IMG/VR virus record: IMGVR_UViG_3300037484_000776
Location: 1 to 64,000 of that record
Source: a virus
Lineage: Duplodnaviria; Caudoviricetes
DNA: 64,000 bases
Strand: one strand, 5' to 3'
The notes below the pieces were generated by a model. It was not told where the DNA came from, searched no databases, and saw only the letters and a program-made list of their open reading frames with translations. Below are positions 36,226 to 44,145 of this stretch, one piece after another (position 1 is the stretch's first letter; every line of letters starts with the position of its first letter). Position numbers and translations under genes: made by a program.

Positions 36226-37208
36226 TGGCTCTTTATAAAGTTTTAGATAATCCCGTAGTGAGGTTCGACAACGGACTTCCTATGGCGCCGTTTGGCGGTG
36301 ATGATGCTGTAGTATGGATAGAGGGAGTGGGTCTTGTAGGTTATGTTTATAACTCAGCTTACGGTAGCGACTGGTTTTACGGGACCATATCTTTAGACGG
36401 CAAGTGCTTTATGGTGCAGCAAACTTTGTCTGCTTTGGAGCCTAAGTCTATACGAAACGATGAGATGAGGAACGACGCATTATTGGAGATATATGGGTCT
36501 GGAGCCTTTACGGAGTTTGACGCAGCTAACGGATTTTACGGAGACTATGCCTCTGCTGTTCCTGTCAGCATTTATTTTAGTATGCGTGGTAAGTCTAAGA
36601 TATATGGGACTAATAGCACCCGAGTTATTAGCTGGCCTTTAAACTCTACAAGCCTCGCCACCCCTACTAACGAAGGAGCCTATGTTCACAGTATAATGCA
36701 GACGGGGTACGCCCACTTTATGTACCCTAGAAGCGACGGCTCTTACTACGTTTGTAACAAGAGTAACGGCTCTATACAGGCTTACAACCCCAAGACCCAA
36801 ACCTTCTTCGGACCTCTGTTGCGTCTGGAGTCTAAGGCTTACCAGTCCATAGGGTACAGTAAAAAGTACAATATATTTATAGCCGTCTATAATTACATCA
36901 CCTCTCCGGCTCAAGCGGCTGTTGCAGTTTATACCGTTGATACAGTTCCAAGTGTAGTTAGCGAAGTAGAGAGGGTTGTAGTAGGTGACATGGCAGGAGG
37001 AGTACTTAACCAAGTTAAGGTCAGGGTAACAGGGGACTTGGATGAGGGGGTTTATAATTTCCCGGTAAACTGGGAGATAAGTGCTGGGGATGGTACATTA
37101 CTTAATGAACAAAGTATGACTGATGAGGATGGCTACGCTTTTAATTATTTAATCCCTGGCCTAGCCCTGCCTAACTCTACGACTATACAAGCTACGATAG
37201 ATTATTAA
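36225..37208 (+). CDS. Tail-tip protein, beta-propeller-like plus C-terminal Big-1-like domain
   Basis: Short beta repeats; C-terminal VNWEISAGDGTL...TDEDGYAFNY. Confidence 0.6.
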   Translation: MALYKVLDNPVVRFDNGLPMAPFGGDDAVVWIEGVGLVGYVYNSAYGSDWFYGTISLDGKCFMVQQTLSALEPKSIRNDEMRNDALLEIYGSGAFTEFDAANGFYGDYASAVPVSIYFSMRGKSKIYGTNSTRVISWPLNSTSLATPTNEGAYVHSIMQTGYAHFMYPRSDGSYYVCNKSNGSIQAYNPKTQTFFGPLLRLESKAYQSIGYSKKYNIFIAVYNYITSPAQAAVAVYTVDTVPSVVSEVERVVVGDMAGGVLNQVKVRVTGDLDEGVYNFPVNWEISAGDGTLLNEQSMTDEDGYAFNYLIPGLALPNSTTIQATIDY

Positions 37209-37221
37209 CTAAGGAACTTAA

Positions 37222-38361
37222 ATGAGTCTCAAGCGAGTCTTTTCTTCTGATACTCTTCCTCTTCTACCGAATGAGTCTTGGTCATCTATATACGGGTTTA
37301 ATATTGTAGCGGTTAAAGAGGATGTCGTTGGAGCCCACTCTGTAATTTATGTGATGGCCTTTGTACCTGGCACGGCATCGAGAGGCAAGGTTTGGAGGGT
37401 ACACCCTGTAACGGGAGAAATTCTTTCTACTTTTTACACTGGCTGGTATACAGCTGGATTTACTACGGTCCTCTATGATCCGAGTGGTTCTGGTATGTAT
37501 TGGGTGTATAATACTCCAGCCATGAAGTTTCATCAGTTCGATATCTCTACGTTTGCTACAGTTCCAGGAGGGGAGACTGTCCCACTTTATCATGTTGATC
37601 AAGATTGGGTTGATGAAGATGATAACCCTATTATAATGTCAGTCGGTTACTCTATTATTAGGGATAGGGATATTATAGTTGCTCGGGATAACGGATTGAA
37701 CCAACACACTCTAGGTGTTTACTCTATTTCTCAGCACAAGAGACTTTATAAAATTGCCGTTCCTGTTTCTGCTAATAACTACAGGCAAGTGAGTAACATG
37801 ACGAAGGACTCTGCCTTTGTTATGTCAGTCGATGGTGTTATTGTTCCCATAGATTTAACGTTCGGCTCCAAGGCTGGAAGGTCTCTATCTGTTGGTGGTT
37901 TTTATGTTCCGCCTTTATCTGAACGCGGCAACGTCGCTACTGCAAGGTTTGTAGTTTGTTTTGACGAAACCTACAAGCGTATGCACTTGTTCTTCCCTAA
38001 TCCAGTGTCTGGTGGGAGCACTTACCAAGGGCCTAAAGGAGTATCAACTGCCAAAGTGCATTCTTTTACGCTGACATCTTCTCCTCGTCATGTTACTAAA
38101 CCTATACCTTTGTCAATGCCAAGAAAGAATCAAAGGACAAAGATAGCTAGCTTTTTACACTGTGACGGAGGTAGGCCATGCTATGACTGGCCCTACACAG
38201 CAGAAGAAGTTGGTGATGGCACTTTAACCTCCACCTCCTTTACAGGAAGATCTAACAAGGATGGGGCTGTTATTTTGAATTTTAACGCAGGTGCTACTGG
38301 TGAGTATGAGCAGTCGGTTACAGTATCAGTAGATCACGAGGAGAATTATTATGAGGTCTGA
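37222..38361 (+). CDS. Tail-tip protein, beta-propeller-like plus C-terminal Ig-like domain
   Basis: Blade-like aromatic beta segments; C-terminal GDGTLTS...SNKDGAVILNF. Confidence 0.6.
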   Translation: MSLKRVFSSDTLPLLPNESWSSIYGFNIVAVKEDVVGAHSVIYVMAFVPGTASRGKVWRVHPVTGEILSTFYTGWYTAGFTTVLYDPSGSGMYWVYNTPAMKFHQFDISTFATVPGGETVPLYHVDQDWVDEDDNPIIMSVGYSIIRDRDIIVARDNGLNQHTLGVYSISQHKRLYKIAVPVSANNYRQVSNMTKDSAFVMSVDGVIVPIDLTFGSKAGRSLSVGGFYVPPLSERGNVATARFVVCFDETYKRMHLFFPNPVSGGSTYQGPKGVSTAKVHSFTLTSSPRHVTKPIPLSMPRKNQRTKIASFLHCDGGRPCYDWPYTAEEVGDGTLTSTSFTGRSNKDGAVILNFNAGATGEYEQSVTVSVDHEENYYEV

Positions 38362-39835
38362 CGTTGGGTATTACGATCCAACAGATATTGACAGAGATGT
38401 AGTGGTCTATCTGTGGAAGGGGGCTAGGGTAAAAGATATTATCCTTAAGACTGGTTCTCCCACTACCAATTTATCAGGTATGGTTAGTTCTTTGTCTGTG
38501 TCCAGCAGTAAGGTATCTCTGATTTTAGTTTGGAGCGATGAATTTTTAACGTGTTCTGCTCAACCTGTTTATGGTGATTTTATTTCTGTAGAAGTTGATG
38601 GGTTGGTTAGGATGATCGCCATGGTAGCTACTATGGACTCTATCGAGGAGTCCCGGGGGGTAAGACGCATCTCTTTGACTGCTCGTACATCGGACGGCTT
38701 GGCAGGATGGAAGGACTATAAGGCAAGCAGCAGCGTATACCCGATTGGCATAGCTTTATCTACCATTGCCGAGGATGTATTGAAGAGGTTGTTTGGGTTG
38801 GACCAGTACGGTTATGAGTACTCTATTCCTGCCAGCCCTTATGTTGTGGCCCATTCTAACGCCCAATTGTCAGAGCTATCTCCCTGGGAAATGCTGGAGA
38901 CTCTATACTTACCCCTGGGCTACAAGCCCATGATGAACGCCCTTAATCAGGTAAGCTACGTCAGTAAGGACTTGATAGGCAGAGATACCGATGTTGTTGT
39001 GGAATCTGAGAACCTAGTTAAAATATCTGGATCTCGTTCTGAACAGAGGACTGACAGGATACAGATTTCTTGGTTAGATCCTAATTTAACCAAGTCTTTA
39101 CAAGCTGATCAAGTTCTTAATTCTGCTACTATAACTGCTGGGTTTTTCGATTGGCACCAAACTCAAGAAGTGTTTTTTAGTTCTGATAGGACGCAAAGAG
39201 CGCAAGACACTTATATGGTTATCAAGGAGTCTTGTAATTCAGGTTTGGTGCCTGTAGCGGACGAGGATTATGAAGAGAGGGATGAGTATCACGGCCATAT
39301 AGAACTGACTTCTACCGGCTGGGTGCCAGCCCTAGCTACAGCATCTCTTGCTACTAGGCTTGCCGCGGCTTCTCAAGAAGATGGAGTACAGACGGTTCCT
39401 GCTACTGGGACTGGTGTAACTATACCTATAGGTAGGATTGTTGAGGCAGCAGCTGATGTTGGTATTATGTTGGCGATGATGAGCATTGGGACTGGGATGT
39501 ATGAAATTTGGGGTCGTCCCTACACTATGGTCCACGCCAGGAATAAAACTCTTATCGTAGCGGCAGGGGCCTCGCCTTGGATGCGCAATGTTACTGAGTT
39601 AGAGAATGATTTTATTAGTTCTGAAAGTCATGCTCAGGAAGTTGGCATAAGGGAGCTTACTTATCAGGCTTTGGAGGCAAGTAGTTGGGGAGCAGATGTT
39701 GTCGATGATCCGAGGATTGAGGTAGGGGATATTGTTCAGATTGGGGATTATGGGCGGCTCTATGTGAGCGGATGGAGTTTAGAACTTGCAAGAGGGTCTA
39801 AGGCGACCCTCTCACTCCAGGGCTTTAAGTGTTAA
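38351..39835 (+). CDS. Baseplate hub / central tail-tip protein
   Basis: 494 aa; C-terminal DDPRIEVGDIVQI typical of hub proteins. Confidence 0.7.
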   Translation: MRSDVGYYDPTDIDRDVVVYLWKGARVKDIILKTGSPTTNLSGMVSSLSVSSSKVSLILVWSDEFLTCSAQPVYGDFISVEVDGLVRMIAMVATMDSIEESRGVRRISLTARTSDGLAGWKDYKASSSVYPIGIALSTIAEDVLKRLFGLDQYGYEYSIPASPYVVAHSNAQLSELSPWEMLETLYLPLGYKPMMNALNQVSYVSKDLIGRDTDVVVESENLVKISGSRSEQRTDRIQISWLDPNLTKSLQADQVLNSATITAGFFDWHQTQEVFFSSDRTQRAQDTYMVIKESCNSGLVPVADEDYEERDEYHGHIELTSTGWVPALATASLATRLAAASQEDGVQTVPATGTGVTIPIGRIVEAAADVGIMLAMMSIGTGMYEIWGRPYTMVHARNKTLIVAAGASPWMRNVTELENDFISSESHAQEVGIRELTYQALEASSWGADVVDDPRIEVGDIVQIGDYGRLYVSGWSLELARGSKATLSLQGFKC

Positions 39836-39845
39836 GGGGAATGCT

Positions 39846-40358
39846 ATGGGATTACAAACTTATCTTAAGGCAGCAGATACCTCTAAAAAGAAGGGGGTTG
39901 TAGAAGGCAAGATCTTGTCTGCCCCTGCGCTGGTCTATTCCGACGGGACTAATGTAACGTATGCGTGCGATGTAGACATCGGCCAGGTAGGAGTTATAGA
40001 CGAGAACGGTACAGAAGGTACTCTTCCAATGTACGGGGTTCCTCTTGCTGCTGGCAACAACAAGTTGCTTTACGCACAAGTAGGAAACGCTGTCCTGCTC
40101 AGGCTGACGGGTTCAGGTACATGGGAGATCTATGCTTTCTCTACCATGCAGCCAGGAACTCTTACTATCGTTACCATATCTCTTCCAAACCTGTGCGATG
40201 ATTTCCCTGCTATCGAAGTGCAAAGCACAGTTCAGATGGGCTTCACAGTCGTTGCCCTAACTCTGGAAGAATTAGGAACTTTCCGACCATTCGGAACCTT
40301 GCCTCTTGGCTCCTCAGCCCGCTACCTGAACAACAGGCTTTACGATATAGGTGTTTAA
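39846..40358 (+). CDS. Tail-tip protein
   Basis: Start reassigned to ATG 39846; synteny. Confidence 0.6.
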   Translation: MGLQTYLKAADTSKKKGVVEGKILSAPALVYSDGTNVTYACDVDIGQVGVIDENGTEGTLPMYGVPLAAGNNKLLYAQVGNAVLLRLTGSGTWEIYAFSTMQPGTLTIVTISLPNLCDDFPAIEVQSTVQMGFTVVALTLEELGTFRPFGTLPLGSSARYLNNRLYDIGV

Positions 40359-40631
40359 GTGCGTTACTGGTCTGAAAAAGAGACTTTGAAACTCCTAGCC
40401 TTGCTTGAGTCAGGGATGACTGATGCTGAGATTAGTGATAGAATGGAGAGGACAAAGGATTCTGTTACATACAAAAGAAAGCAATTTAGGGTTCCAGCAG
40501 TCAGGGCATCTGGATGTCCTGTAGTAGGGATGTCAGCAAGTGCCGCATCTATACCTTGGGGGCCTTGCTCTAAACCAGGTGCCGCGCATGCTTGGCATTT
40601 AGGAAGAGATAGACTAGTGGTTTATATTTAG
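40359..40631 (+). CDS. Small Myb/GcrA-like HTH protein
   Basis: YWSEKETLKLLALLESGMTDAEISDRMERTKDSVTYKR fits a W-led three-helix HTH. Confidence 0.55.
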   Translation: MRYWSEKETLKLLALLESGMTDAEISDRMERTKDSVTYKRKQFRVPAVRASGCPVVGMSASAASIPWGPCSKPGAAHAWHLGRDRLVVYI

Positions 40632-40644
40632 AGAGCTTATATAA

Positions 40645-42222
40645 ATGAGTACAATTTTAACAGACTTCTCCAATGGCGAGACTTCTTACGTTGCGCATTT
40701 AAATTTGGTGGTAGATGCGATAGAGGAGTTGCAAGTTCTAACTGAGGAGCAAGAGAGCTTTGCTACCGTTTTGGAGTCTCTATACGGAGGTCTCTTCGGA
40801 ACTGGAAATCCTACCAGGATAGGGCTGGACTCTTATACTTTCACTTATCTTGATGCAGTTTTTACTGTATCTTCGGGATATATTTATCTTCCTGACGAAC
40901 AGACTGTAGCAACTAGTGAGTCAGACACTGATATAGACCTTACTGGTCTAGGGTCACACACCTTCTATATACATGTTAACTCAACTACAGGGGTGCCTTA
41001 CGCAGACTTAGTAAGCGGCACCCCTTATATCGCTACTGTTGTTTTTAACGGTACTGCGATTACTAGTTATGTTGACCAGGCTATGTCTACACCTGGTATC
41101 AATGACTGGATTGGTATCAACACCGGATCTATATGGGCACCTGTCTACAACTCTCTTGGTGAGCGTCTTGATGCTGTAGAAGCAGCGGCTGCTAATCTAA
41201 AGACCCTTACCTTCTCCTCCGCAACTTATACCGCTACAGAGGCAGAAGCTCTTCAGCAAAATGGCCTGGTCCTAGCCGGCACTCCTGGCGGGGCCGCTAC
41301 TCTTGTCGTTCCAGATTTGGTTAGATCCTATACCATCTTTAACAACACTGGAGAAGTCGTAACGGTAGAGGCTGGGGCATCTGCTGTTGATACTGTAGAT
41401 ATTCCAGTAGGCCATTACGCCCTGGTCTATACCAACGGTGCTGACGACGTTCTGCCTGTATTCGTGGCAGAGATGACGGCTACCCCCAACGGAAGTGGCA
41501 CAGGTGGCGGTGGAGGTTCTGGAGGGGCTTCCTCAGACTACTCCATCATGCTGTTCCAACCCAGCCAGCAGAGCGAAGATGCCTTGATGTATCGGATGGT
41601 TTTCCCTCATACTGTGACCTTTCCGGCTAACCTTCCAGGCTCCTATGCTACCTCTGTTGTTGGCGCTCTCGCAGATTCCACCTTCACAATTAAGAAGGAT
41701 GGCTCTTCCATCGGCACCCTTACCTATGCAGCCGGACAATCCGACGGCACCTTCACCTTTGCGTCTGAGCAAACGTTCACTGAAGGTACTAATGTATTTT
41801 CTTTACACGGTCCGGCAACCGTAGATGACAACCTGTCGGACATAAGTATTTCTTTTAGAGGTATAAAGCAGACAGCCCTATCCTACGTCTTGCAGGTCTT
41901 TATGCCGACCGTGCTGACAAACGAGCAGTTGCTCTTTAGGGCTAAGCCTACCAACACTTTCTCTATTGTTCAAGATGCAGTTGGCTCGTATGCTATCGCT
42001 GTTACAGCGGCAACTGCTGAAGCTGTGTTTTCTTTGCAGAAAAACGCAGTCGAGTTTGGTACAATTACCTTTGCTGCTGCCGGCAGCACCGGGACTTTTG
42101 CTGTTGCTGCTGAGACTGAGTTTAACCAGGGGTCAGATATTATTTCTATCGTAGGTCCAGCTACCGCCGACGCTACGTTGGCTGGGGTAAGCATTGCTGT
42201 TCTTGGAGCCAGAGAGGCATAA
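40645..42222 (+). CDS. Tail protein with two tandem C-terminal beta-sandwich domains
   Basis: 525 aa; Gly linker (GSGTGGGGGSGG), then two ~110-aa homologous domains (GS-Y-A...F-x-I/L-x-K-x-x...GT-x-T...GPAT-x-D-x-x-L). Confidence 0.75.
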   Translation: MSTILTDFSNGETSYVAHLNLVVDAIEELQVLTEEQESFATVLESLYGGLFGTGNPTRIGLDSYTFTYLDAVFTVSSGYIYLPDEQTVATSESDTDIDLTGLGSHTFYIHVNSTTGVPYADLVSGTPYIATVVFNGTAITSYVDQAMSTPGINDWIGINTGSIWAPVYNSLGERLDAVEAAAANLKTLTFSSATYTATEAEALQQNGLVLAGTPGGAATLVVPDLVRSYTIFNNTGEVVTVEAGASAVDTVDIPVGHYALVYTNGADDVLPVFVAEMTATPNGSGTGGGGGSGGASSDYSIMLFQPSQQSEDALMYRMVFPHTVTFPANLPGSYATSVVGALADSTFTIKKDGSSIGTLTYAAGQSDGTFTFASEQTFTEGTNVFSLHGPATVDDNLSDISISFRGIKQTALSYVLQVFMPTVLTNEQLLFRAKPTNTFSIVQDAVGSYAIAVTAATAEAVFSLQKNAVEFGTITFAAAGSTGTFAVAAETEFNQGSDIISIVGPATADATLAGVSIAVLGAREA

Positions 42223-42333
42223 TCTGACCCGCCTTCCTACGTTATCGCCTCCCCCTTTGACGTAGGAAATATCGCGCCTGGCCCTGGCGCGTTAAAATAG
42301 TAAGGGCCGCTATTTTTTATCGAGGGTATTTAA

Positions 42334-42444
42334 ATGCCATATAACCGTAAACAATGTAGATTGTTTTATGCTAAGGCAAAGAAAGGTCAGAAGGTGCCGG
42401 CTGATTTCAGGCGGCATTGCGGAGAGGGGAAGAAAAAGAAGTAG
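42334..42444 (+). CDS. 36-aa basic peptide (not in ORF track)
   Basis: Hand-translated MPYNRKQCRLFYAKAKKGQKVPADFRRHCGEGKKKK; GAGGG RBS. Confidence 0.55.
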   Translation: MPYNRKQCRLFYAKAKKGQKVPADFRRHCGEGKKKK

Positions 42445-42472
42445 TTTTATCTAACTTTAGAGGTGAAGTATC

Positions 42473-42703
42473 ATGAATATTAGACTAATGCCTTGGAGTT
42501 TGGCGGTTATCCTTGGATGCGGCGTTACTTACGCTGCGTACAAGTACACTCCGCTTGGCCCTTCTTATCCTGATGCAGACCGGATCGCTCAGGAGCACAG
42601 GATTGACCAGATTCGAGAGAACCAATGGTGCACTAAGCATCCCAATCACGAACACTGCGAGAGATGGCGTGAGATGAACCTCGGTCAGGATTCGCGCAAG
42701 TAA
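42473..42703 (+). CDS. Small protein with N-terminal membrane anchor
   Basis: GAGGTG RBS; hydrophobic N-segment; CxxHPNHxxC. Confidence 0.6.
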   Translation: MNIRLMPWSLAVILGCGVTYAAYKYTPLGPSYPDADRIAQEHRIDQIRENQWCTKHPNHEHCERWREMNLGQDSRK

Positions 42704-42732
42704 ACCTGCCAGTCGCCTAACCCAAGGTAAAG

Positions 42733-42759
42733 AAAAGGGCCTCACTAGGAGGCCCTTTT
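42733..42759. terminator. Bidirectional terminator at the convergence of the two genome arms
   Basis: AAAAGGGCCTC-ACTAG-GAGGCCCTTTT. Confidence 0.9.
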
Positions 42760-42775
42760 CGTTCGGACTTACTGT

Positions 42776-43291
42776 TTACTCTTGATCGACAGAAGTCATG
42801 TTAAGGTGGTTTAGCCTAAAGGTAACCTTATCGGCTCCATTGTTTGGGTCCAACCCAAGAGACACCATCTTCTCCTTGTACCAAGTCGGGAATGGTCCAC
42901 GAGTATAGGTGTTCTCGGGGTTGTCCTTATCAGACCAGACAGTAATCCTAGAACTGCGAGGGGACTCAGGAGTCGAGGATTCAGCAGACCCCTCCCCAGC
43001 CTCAAGCATTTCCTTCTTAGTCCTACGGGTACGCTTCTTAGGGGCACCCTGTTCCACAGCCTTTCCCTTGGGCTGTGCCGGTAGCAAGGGAAGAAGGATC
43101 TCTTCCAACGTGTATCCACGGTTCAGGATAGAGTCCTTAATACTCTGAGTAAAAGCACCCTTCTCTACAGAACGGCGCTCAGACAACAACTTCTCAACGT
43201 TTGCCAGTTGTTCCGCTGCGATTGCACGAATTTGCGCAAGAGCCTCGGTGGACTGATCTTCAAGATTATCAACCATATCGGTATCGTTCAC
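42776..43291 (-). CDS. H-NS-like nucleoid-associated protein
   Basis: N-terminal coiled coil ending GYTLEEIL, basic linker KKRTRRTKK, C-domain DNPENTYTRGPFPTW (variant of the H-NS DNA-binding motif). Confidence 0.7.
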   Translation of the reverse strand: MNDTDMVDNLEDQSTEALAQIRAIAAEQLANVEKLLSERRSVEKGAFTQSIKDSILNRGYTLEEILLPLLPAQPKGKAVEQGAPKKRTRRTKKEMLEAGEGSAESSTPESPRSSRITVWSDKDNPENTYTRGPFPTWYKEKMVSLGLDPNNGADKVTFRLNHLNMTSVDQE

Positions 43292-43325
43292 TAATTTTTC
43301 CTCTGTAAGGTTTGTTCGATCGAGT

Positions 43326-43334
43326 ATTATAGCA
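43326..43334 (-). promoter_or_regulatory. Extended -10 promoter upstream of the H-NS-like gene
   Basis: TGCTATAAT on the minus strand, 35 nt upstream of the start. Confidence 0.65.
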
Positions 43335-43344
43335 TCTAAGATTT

Positions 43345-43707
43345 TTAGGCTGCTGCCTTTTTAAGTAGTTTGTTAGCCTCTACTCGTAGCCTTCCAAGCG
43401 CAAACTGTAAGCCTGGAAGCTCGTGTCCATATTCAAAGAGTAGATCATTCATCCTATCTATAAAGTCTCCATGTGCCGAGCAGAAGCACGGAACCCTAGC
43501 CTCTATCATATCCCTCTGGGCTAGGCAGCAAGGGCAGGTCCTATGTAGGCTCCAGTACCCGTCCATATGACCCCTTGCCCATTCATACCTATCTCCTGGA
43601 TTTATCGGTCCCCCACACTCTTGACATTCATATTTTTTACGTGAAATTGGCCTTATTGCCTTATATCTGCTGTACATTTCATAGCCGCAGTAACACTCAA
43701 TAGTCAT
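43345..43707 (-). CDS. Cys-rich hypothetical protein (CxxC pairs)
   Basis: CQECGGPINPGDRYE...TCPCC. Confidence 0.7.
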   Translation of the reverse strand: MTIECYCGYEMYSRYKAIRPISRKKYECQECGGPINPGDRYEWARGHMDGYWSLHRTCPCCLAQRDMIEARVPCFCSAHGDFIDRMNDLLFEYGHELPGLQFALGRLRVEANKLLKKAAA

Positions 43708-43925
43708 GATTTGTCTATCCCACTAAGTTTATATCTATTGACTACCCACGCCCTACCAAAGGTCTGCGCAGATCTATAAGAGCCGTAGATTCCTTCAGCA
43801 GCCTTTTGTTCTTTCCCCTTAAAGCCCCATACTATTACCTTATAGTTTCCTTCCTTGGTTATCTTTATTTCATACCTTAAGTTTGATGTTTCTTTAGCTT
43901 TGAGGTCATGTCTTAAGGTGGTCAT
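43704..43925 (-). CDS. Hypothetical protein
   Basis: 73 aa, overlapping its neighbours in operon style. Confidence 0.55.
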   Translation of the reverse strand: MTTLRHDLKAKETSNLRYEIKITKEGNYKVIVWGFKGKEQKAAEGIYGSYRSAQTFGRAWVVNRYKLSGIDKS

Positions 43926-44100
43926 ATTCTAGTTTCTCCATCTGCTTTGGGCTAAAGATGTGTAACATTCCAGGATAAATATCAAACTCAAATACGCACC
44001 TTTCGTCCCCTGCCAAGGTATAGAAACAGGAAACTATCGTTCCTGTTGCTTGATACCCGCCGCCAACTTTCTTTACTTTTTGTCCGCGTTCAAAGGTCAT
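43906..44100 (-). CDS. Hypothetical protein (SH3-like beta pattern)
   Basis: 64 aa, GGAGG RBS. Confidence 0.6.
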   Translation of the reverse strand: MTFERGQKVKKVGGGYQATGTIVSCFYTLAGDERCVFEFDIYPGMLHIFSPKQMEKLEYDHLKT

Positions 44101-44119
44101 TTTTATATCCTCCGGTAAA

Positions 44120-44135
44120 GGGGGCCAAGGCCCCC
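44120..44135 (-). terminator. Hairpin after the RNR gene
   Basis: GGGGGC-CAAG-GCCCCC, short U run on the minus strand. Confidence 0.5.
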
Positions 44136-44145
44136 CAGTTCTAAG

